IMG/VR virus record: IMGVR_UViG_2675903578_000005
DNA: 4,298 nt
Reading direction: 5' to 3' (one strand)
Source: a virus
Lineage: Duplodnaviria; Heunggongvirae; Uroviricota; Caudoviricetes
Shown: positions 1 to 4,298 of the stretch, piece after piece
Numbering within the stretch: position 1 is the stretch's first letter
Layout: each line of letters starts with the position of its first letter
Translations under genes and position numbers: made by a program
The notes under the pieces: model-generated
What the model saw: the letters and a program-made list of their open reading frames with translations, nothing else
What the model was told of the DNA's origin: nothing
Databases searched by the model: none

Positions 1-167
1 ACGGCAGCAAGCCAGTAATGGGTTAAGTGATAACAGGTGTCTGGAAATATAGGGGCAAATCCAGCGTTCATCAGCCCCCGCATTGCCGACAGGATCACAG
101 ACGGGGGGCGCAACTGGTTGTCGTTCAACTGGCCCAGCTACCGTTCTTGTATCAGAGGTGTGGCTGC

Positions 168-1502
168 ATGACAACACCAGTCTGGCGTAATGATGACCTG
201 GAAGGCGCTGTCATTGGCGCATTCTTTCTGCGTGGGGCAGATCATGAAGTGATGGATATTCTGATCACACTACCGGCGGACATTTTTTCTGTACGAGCGT
301 ATCGGGATATCTACACAGGCATCTGCAGACAGGCCCGTGTTTCAGGAGTGATTGACCCCGTGCTGTTGTGTAATGAGATGCCGGAACTTGCCCCGGTGAT
401 TACTGATACCGGGCGTAAAACCTGGGTGAAGTCTTCACTGGAGCACTATGTTGCAGCGTTGCGGCGCAATGCCGCACTGCGCGATGCAGAAAAAACACTG
501 AATGAGGCGCTGCAGAAATTACGTGATGCGCATACCTGTGAAGCAGCTGAAGATGCCCTGAAGGATGCGCAGAACATGATGGTCACACTGTCGACAGGAA
601 AGGGCGTCATTCAGCCGGTACATATTGATGATGTGCTTCCGGAAGTGGTTGAGCGTGTTGAATGCCGGAATCAGGGGCTGGAGAAATCCAGGACGTTGAT
701 GACCGGTATTGATGAACTGGACGCAAAAACAGGCGGTATGGAGCCCGGAGACCTGGTATTCATTGCCGCCCGTCCTTCGATGGGGAAAACCGAACTTGCG
801 CTGGACATCATCGACAAGGTGACTGAGCAGGGGCATGGTGTGCTTCTGTTCACCATGGAGATGGCGAACATCCAGATTGGTGAACGTATGGTGTCTGCGG
901 CTGGAGGGATGCCAGTATCACGCCTGAAATCTGTGGCTCACTTTGAAGATGAAGACTGGGCGCGTTTCTCACAAGGGGTGGGGCGGATGACCGGGCGCAA
1001 TATCTGGATGGTGGACCAGGCGAACCTGACCATTGATGAGATATGCGCAACAACGAAACACCATCTGATTAAACATCCGGAAACGGCGCTGGTGGTGGTT
1101 GATTATCTCGGGCTGATAAAAACCCGAACCACGGGGCGTCATGACCTTGCCGTGGGTGAAATCTCAAAGGGGCTTAAAGGCCTGGCAAAATCCGGTGGTT
1201 TTNNNNNNNNNNNNNNNNNNNNNNNNNNNNNNNNNNNNNNNNNNNNNNNNNNNNNNNNNNNNNNNNNNNNNNNNNNNNNNNNNNNNNNNNNNNNNNNNNN
1301 NNNNNNNNNNNNNNNNNNNNNNNNNNNNNNNNNNNNNNNNNNNNNNNNNNNNNNNNNNNNNNNNNNNNNNNNNNNNNNNNNNNNNNNNNNNNNTGTGGAC
1401 CAGGAAAGCGCACAGGTTCTTTCCACCCCAATGCGGCAGCCCCAGCCGCGCAGATACAGCAATACACGTACCGACAGCAGTAAGATGGAGCGTTTCTTTT
1501 GA
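168..1502 (+). CDS. Replicative DNA helicase, DnaB-like (phage-encoded); interrupted by N-run 1203..1393, so the 3' end and frame after the gap are unverified
   Basis: ATG at 168 preceded by AGAGGTG (154-160) at good spacing. The N-terminal part (TTPVWRNDDLEGAVIGAFFL...) resembles the DnaB N-terminal domain. Walker A-like ARPSMGKTELALD and Walker B-like ALVVVDYLGLI are present, and EISKGLKGLAK resembles the DnaB SRSLKALAKEL motif. The track ORF begins at a GTG at 27, but the first 47 residues are unlike protein and have no RBS, so 168 is preferred. The stop at 1500-1502 assumes the N-run preserves length and frame; alternative stops are 1478-1480 or 1528-1530. Confidence 0.8.
   Translation: MTTPVWRNDDLEGAVIGAFFLRGADHEVMDILITLPADIFSVRAYRDIYTGICRQARVSGVIDPVLLCNEMPELAPVITDTGRKTWVKSSLEHYVAALRRNAALRDAEKTLNEALQKLRDAHTCEAAEDALKDAQNMMVTLSTGKGVIQPVHIDDVLPEVVERVECRNQGLEKSRTLMTGIDELDAKTGGMEPGDLVFIAARPSMGKTELALDIIDKVTEQGHGVLLFTMEMANIQIGERMVSAAGGMPVSRLKSVAHFEDEDWARFSQGVGRMTGRNIWMVDQANLTIDEICATTKHHLIKHPETALVVVDYLGLIKTRTTGRHDLAVGEISKGLKGLAKSGGFXXXXXXXXXXXXXXXXXXXXXXXXXXXXXXXXXXXXXXXXXXXXXXXXXXXXXXXXXXXXXXXXVDQESAQVLSTPMRQPQPRRYSNTRTDSSKMERFF
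1203..1393. other. Run of 191 N (masked or unresolved sequence) inside the helicase gene
   Basis: Directly visible run of n characters. 191 is not a multiple of 3, so frame continuity across it is only nominal. Confidence 1.
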
Positions 1503-1513
1503 ACAACCAGACA

Positions 1514-1756
1514 ATGACTTTTACCTCTGAACAATTGCGTAAACACGCGCAGGAAATGTTGCGACAGGCGGAACAACTGGAAAAAACAGGTGTAACAAAA
1601 GATGCCATTCGTCGGGATATGGTGCCAGCGCTCAGGGAACTGATGCAGGCGAAACATCGCGCACAAAAAGCGGTGGATGAGCTCGTTGATTGTGTGGCAG
1701 AGCTGGAAACCAAAGTTGGAAAGTTTGAAAAAATGGTGCAGGAGGTGCTGCGCTGA
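1514..1756 (+). CDS. Hypothetical small phage protein (about 80 aa, charged, predicted helical/coiled-coil); function unknown
   Basis: Intact 85-codon ORF in the track (TTG at 1499); first ATG is at 1514. Its stop TGA (1754-1756) overlaps the rusA ATG (1756-1758), suggesting translational coupling. The heptad-like charged sequence (EQLRKHAQEMLRQAEQLEKT...VDELVDCVAELETKVGKFEKMVQEVLR) is not recognised as a named family. Start is ambiguous: GGAG at 1483-1486 is 12 nt before the TTG at 1499, and there is no obvious SD before the ATG at 1514. Confidence 0.5.
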   Translation: MTFTSEQLRKHAQEMLRQAEQLEKTGVTKDAIRRDMVPALRELMQAKHRAQKAVDELVDCVAELETKVGKFEKMVQEVLR

Positions 1757-2127
1757 TGCGCCATGAGTTTATTTTACCTTATCCGCCGACGGTGAATACT
1801 TACTGGCGACGTCGTGGCAGCACATATTTTGTATCAAAAGTTGGTGAGCGTTATCGCCGTGATGTGACGCTAATTGTTCGCCAGCAGCGGCTGAAATTAA
1901 ACCTGTCCGGAAGGCTGGCGATAAAGATTATTGCAGAGCCACCGGATAAGCGCCGTCGTGACCTGGACAATATCCTGAAAGCACCACTGGATGCGCTGAC
2001 GCATGCCGGACTACTCATAGACGACGAGCAGTTTGATGAAATCAATATTGTGCGCGGTCAGCTCGTTCCTGGTGGGCGACTGGGCGTGAAGATTTATGAA
2101 ATCACAGGTGATAACGATGGCGCGTGA
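1756..2127 (+). CDS. rusA: Crossover junction endodeoxyribonuclease RusA (Holliday junction resolvase)
   Basis: 123-aa product with the RusA hallmark [23 protein letters not shown]...IDDEQ, which matches E. coli RusA [23 protein letters not shown] with the catalytic Asp residues (from memory). GGAGG at 1741-1745 lies about 10 nt upstream of the ATG. Size is typical of RusA (about 120 aa). Confidence 0.9.
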   Translation: MRHEFILPYPPTVNTYWRRRGSTYFVSKVGERYRRDVTLIVRQQRLKLNLSGRLAIKIIAEPPDKRRRDLDNILKAPLDALTHAGLLIDDEQFDEINIVRGQLVPGGRLGVKIYEITGDNDGA

Positions 2128-2503
2128 TATTCAGCAGGTTATGGAACGGTGGGGGGCTTGGGCTGCAAACACTCATGAAGATGTATCCTGGGCGTCGATC
2201 GCTGCTGGTTTTAAAGGGTTAATTCCGTCGAAAGTGAAATCACGCCCTCAGTGTTCTGATGATGATGCAATGATAATTTGTGGCTGTATGGCCCGGTTGA
2301 ACAAGAAAAATCAGGATTTGCACGATTTGCTGGTGGATTATTACGTAGGTGGAATGACTTTTATGAGTCTGGCACGGAAACATGGGTGTTCGGATACCTG
2401 TATTGGCAAGCGCCTGCAGAAAGCGGAAGGGGTTATTGATGGCATGTTGATGATGCTTGATATCCGGCTGGAGATGGACAGATACGTAGAACGAATTATG
2501 TAG
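2117..2503 (+). CDS. Q: Late-gene antitermination protein Q (QuuD / DLP12-type Q family)
   Basis: 128-aa product [23 protein letters not shown]...[21 protein letters not shown]...[25 protein letters not shown]...[25 protein letters not shown] closely resembles the E. coli DLP12 QuuD sequence as I recall it. ATG at 2117 is preferred over the track start at 2096 because the homologue begins at MARDIQ and AGGTG (2105-2109) precedes it. The start lies inside the last codons of rusA. A candidate late promoter follows immediately downstream. Confidence 0.85.
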   Translation: MARDIQQVMERWGAWAANTHEDVSWASIAAGFKGLIPSKVKSRPQCSDDDAMIICGCMARLNKKNQDLHDLLVDYYVGGMTFMSLARKHGCSDTCIGKRLQKAEGVIDGMLMMLDIRLEMDRYVERIM

Positions 2504-2507
2504 GTGC

Positions 2508-2537
2508 TTGACCAGACACATTGTCCGGGGCTATATT
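2508..2537 (+). promoter_or_regulatory. Candidate late promoter PR' (with presumed Q-utilisation site) immediately downstream of Q
   Basis: -35 TTGACC (2508-2513), 18-nt spacer, -10 TATATT (2532-2537), starting 5 nt after the Q stop codon, as in lambdoid PR' arrangements. Predicted transcription start is about 2544. Confidence 0.4.
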
Positions 2538-2544
2538 CCTCACG

Positions 2545-2562
2545 CGCCAGCAAAATCTGGCG
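2545..2562 (+). promoter_or_regulatory. Perfect 6-bp hairpin at the 5' end of the predicted PR' transcript (possible pause / Q-engagement element)
   Basis: CGCCAG (2545-2550), loop CAAAAT, CTGGCG (2557-2562), a perfect inverted repeat. The loop CAAAAT is -10-like and sits at about +7..+12, where sigma-dependent promoter-proximal pause elements occur in lambdoid late promoters. Confidence 0.3.
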
Positions 2563-2598
2563 TCGGGATTGGAACCCCGGATAGAGACCGCGACAGAC

Positions 2599-2623
2599 AC
2601 ACGCCGCGAGCGTGTTTTTTATT
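2599..2623 (+). terminator. Intrinsic terminator (tR'-like) ending a short late leader RNA of about 75 nt
   Basis: Stem ACACGC (2599-2604), loop CGCGA, stem GCGTGT (2610-2615), followed by TTTTTTATT (2615-2623). This is the classical GC-rich hairpin plus U-tract geometry, about 75 nt downstream of the predicted PR' start. Confidence 0.5.
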
Positions 2624-2748
2624 GTCGTATGCACGCGCACATCTGAATTATGGTGGGGCGCATGGGGGAGCTGAAAAGCTCGCCGGTCGGTTTCCCGGTA
2701 GTTCCAACCCTGTGCGTCTCACCACCCGATGATTGGAACCTGACGGTG

Positions 2749-2777
2749 TTGACAGTTTCAGGTTTGCAGTTTACATT
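2749..2777 (+). promoter_or_regulatory. Candidate sigma70 promoter upstream of the ORF6N gene
   Basis: Perfect -35 TTGACA (2749-2754), 17-nt spacer, -10 TACATT (2772-2777). It would give a leader of about 200 nt before the ATG at 2984. Confidence 0.3.
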
Positions 2778-2983
2778 TCCCCGCGGTGCTCAAAACACCT
2801 CGAAAGCGGTATCCACACCCGATAGCCATGTGGTTTTTTTGTGTCCAGAATTCTTGGTTTATGACCGGGTGTGCGGCTAATACAATACCAGCAATGGAAA
2901 TACGCCCGCCGACTTTCGACGGTTTTGAGCGCCCGGTCACCCTCTCAAAAGGGGTAAATCAAAATATTCGAAAGGACATGTCT

Positions 2984-3510
2984 ATGAATCGCACGTCTAT
3001 TGAAAAACTCCCGTCACTTACGCATAACCATCTTCCTGTCATGACAACAGAGCTGCTGGCTGATTTGTACGGAACAGAGCGCCAGCGTTTGACAAACAAT
3101 TTCAATCGAAACAAAGAACGGTTTATAGAAGGTAAACATTTTTTCCTGATAGAAGGTGATGCGTTACGAGAGTTGAAGAACGAAAACTCTTTAAGAGTTT
3201 CTGTGAAAATTGCCCGTAACGTTCGCTCCCTCATCCTCTGGACAGAACGTGGCGCAGCCCGTCACGCCAAAATGCTCGAAACCGATCAGGCGTGGGAAGT
3301 GTTCGAAAAACTGGAAGACTGTTATTTCAACCAGAAACAGCCACCAGCGGCACAAAACACATCTATCGAAAATGATGGATGCGCATTACTGAGCCACTTC
3401 GATAAACACGGTCAGGTTGAGTTCACGGAAAAGGTACCCGCCGATGCGATGGTATGTACTCTGGAACGGTTTAAATTTTATCTGGAGCAACACGGGTGGA
3501 TCGTTGCCCG
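2984..3510 (+). CDS. ORF6N-domain protein (Bro-N/KilA-N-like DNA-binding superfamily; antirepressor-like), 3'-partial because the C-terminus lies in N-run 3511..3760
   Basis: ATG at 2984 with AAAGGA (2971-2976) 7 nt upstream. N-terminal region LPVMTTELLADLYGTERQRLTNNFNRNKERFIEGKHFFLIEGD...VRSLILWTERGAARHAKMLETDQAWEVFEKL matches the ORF6N consensus pattern as I recall it. The track ORF 2786..3841 is rejected as an artefact of read-through over Ns into the tRNAs, and has no RBS at 2786. If the N-run preserves length, the gene must end before about 3741. Confidence 0.7.
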
Positions 3511-3760
3511 NNNNNNNNNNNNNNNNNNNNNNNNNNNNNNNNNNNNNNNNNNNNNNNNNNNNNNNNNNNNNNNNNNNNNNNNNNNNNNNNNNNNNNNNNN
3601 NNNNNNNNNNNNNNNNNNNNNNNNNNNNNNNNNNNNNNNNNNNNNNNNNNNNNNNNNNNNNNNNNNNNNNNNNNNNNNNNNNNNNNNNNNNNNNNNNNNN
3701 NNNNNNNNNNNNNNNNNNNNNNNNNNNNNNNNNNNNNNNNNNNNNNNNNNNNNNNNNNNN
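3511..3760. other. Run of 250 N (masked or unresolved sequence) covering the 3' end of the ORF6N gene, the intergenic region and the 5' end of tRNA-Ile2
   Basis: Directly visible run of n characters. Confidence 1.
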
Positions 3761-3817
3761 CAGAGCGAGCGACTCATAATCGCCAGGTCGCTGGTTCAAG
3801 TCCAGCAAGGGCCACCA
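3761..3817 (+). tRNA. tRNA-Ile2 (anticodon CAU, lysidine type), 3' portion only; the 5' 19 nt or so lie in the N-run (full gene about 3742..3817)
   Basis: Visible sequence ...GAGCGAGCGACTCATAATCGCCAGGTCGCTGGTTCAAGTCCAGCAAGGGCCACCA has anticodon loop CTCATAA (CAT at 3775-3777), T-stem GCTGG/CCAGC with loop TTCAAGT, acceptor 3' strand AAGGGCC, discriminator A and CCA. It is near-identical to E. coli ileX over this stretch (from memory) and unlike elongator tRNA-Met. Confidence 0.7.
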
Positions 3818-3818
3818 A

Positions 3819-3895
3819 CCACCACTAGCTCATCCGGATAGAGCATCAACCTTCTAAGTTGACGGTGCGAGGTTCGAGTCCTCGGTGGTGGGCCA
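3819..3895 (+). tRNA. tRNA-Arg (anticodon UCU, reads AGA/AGG)
   Basis: 77-nt cloverleaf: acceptor CCACCAC/GTGGTGG, D-stem GCTC/GAGC with 9-nt loop, anticodon stem TCAAC/GTTGA with loop CTTCTAA (anticodon TCT), T-stem CGAGG/CCTCG with loop TTCGAGT, discriminator G, encoded CCA. Begins 1 nt after the preceding tRNA. Confidence 0.85.
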
Positions 3896-3897
3896 GC

Positions 3898-3973
<76 letters not shown>

Positions 3974-3976
3974 TAT

Positions 3977-4051
<75 letters not shown>

Positions 4052-4298
4052 GCGAGATTTGAGACGAAGGTTGTTATTTGCACTGACACAATATTGTGTG
4101 GGAATGTCTGACTCCTTACCATCTCCTGTTCTGTGATGTTGTTTTGTTGCAGTTCCAGTGCTCTTTTTTCAGCACCAGAATGGTGCATTGTCGGTCAGGT
4201 TACGTAGTGAACCTCTGGCAGGGGACTGATGATTCATCATTCTGGTGTTGTAAATATCTCTTCGGACAACTTACAAAATATTCTAAGCAAACCCCGGG

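Noticed and set aside
27-167. N-terminal extension of the helicase ORF from a GTG at 27 (track ORF 27..1502)
   Set aside because: No RBS before 27; the encoded 47 residues are Arg/Gln-rich and unlike protein; a strong RBS plus ATG at 168 coincides with the start of the DnaB-like N-terminal domain.
519-1053. Minus-strand ORFs 519..836, 671..871 and 850..1053
   Set aside because: They lie entirely antisense within the helicase gene, have no RBS or recognisable domain, and are typical shadow ORFs.
1139-1764. ORFs 1141..1530 (+), 1139..1666 (-), 1164..1514 (-) and 1174..1764 (-) that span the first N-run
   Set aside because: They are kept open only by translating Ns as X and are antisense or out of frame relative to well-supported genes; artefacts.
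1851-2045. Minus-strand ORF inside rusA
   Set aside because: Antisense to a confidently identified RusA gene; Ser/Arg-rich and of low complexity.
2240-2640. Minus-strand ORFs 2240..2521 and 2341..2640 overlapping Q and the late promoter region
   Set aside because: Antisense to Q; no RBS or domain signal; they run across the promoter and terminator region.
2508-2880. Plus-strand ORFs 2508..2732 (74 aa) and 2650..2880 (76 aa) in the region between Q and the ORF6N gene
   Set aside because: No Shine-Dalgarno before either start; the products are Gly/Pro/Arg-rich and of low complexity; the region is better explained by promoter, terminator and repeat elements. A small peptide cannot be fully excluded.
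3210-3392. Plus-strand ORF 3210..3392 and minus-strand ORF 2959..3234 inside the ORF6N gene
   Set aside because: Out-of-frame or antisense overlap with a gene that has a clear domain match; no independent support.
3761-3817. Calling the CAU-anticodon tRNA as elongator or initiator tRNA-Met
   Set aside because: The anticodon loop, T-arm and acceptor 3' strand closely follow E. coli ileX (tRNA-Ile2) rather than metT or metZ as I recall them. Sequence alone cannot prove lysidine modification, so it is reported as Ile2 with reduced confidence.
3386-3828. ORFs 3386..3808 (-), 3417..3779 (+), 3478..3777 (-) and 3496..3828 (+), composed mostly of X
   Set aside because: They consist almost entirely of translated Ns and overlap the tRNA-Ile2 gene; artefacts.
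2786-3841. Track ORF 2786..3841 as a single 351-aa protein
   Set aside because: Its continuity depends on reading 250 Ns as codons and then running into the tRNA genes. The real gene most plausibly starts at ATG 2984 (RBS AAAGGA) and ends inside the gap.
4052-4298. Shiga toxin or other virulence cargo downstream of the tRNAs, by analogy with Stx phages
   Set aside because: No ORF with RBS is present in the remaining 247 bp, so there is nothing in the window to support it. The terminal CCCGGG may simply be a fragment boundary or restriction site.

Overview
This window looks like a lambdoid prophage segment from an Enterobacteriaceae-type host, running from the replication module into the late-regulatory region, with all supported genes on the + strand. 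I do not see a complete, clearly novel multi-gene system. The most unusual content is a non-canonical four-tRNA array and an ORF6N-domain cargo gene whose 3' part is hidden in an N-run.

Gene order: DnaB-like replicative helicase (168..1502, interrupted by N-run 1203..1393), a small helical ORF (1514..1756), RusA Holliday-junction resolvase (1756..2127), antiterminator Q (2117..2503), a predicted late promoter with 5' hairpin and intrinsic terminator (2508..2623), about 360 bp of non-coding DNA carrying a thrice-repeated heptamer and a second candidate promoter, the ORF6N-domain gene (2984..>3510, 3' end lost in N-run 3511..3760), four tightly packed tRNAs (Ile2-CAU partial, Arg-UCU, Thr-UGU, Gly-UCC; 3761..4051), then about 250 bp of non-coding tail with a 14-bp perfect palindrome.

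No CRISPR array, transposase/IS element or toxin gene is visible. All homology statements come from reading the translations and from memory of known families (E. coli RusA, DLP12 QuuD, thrU, glyT, ileX); no database search was run. Frame continuity across both N-runs cannot be verified.
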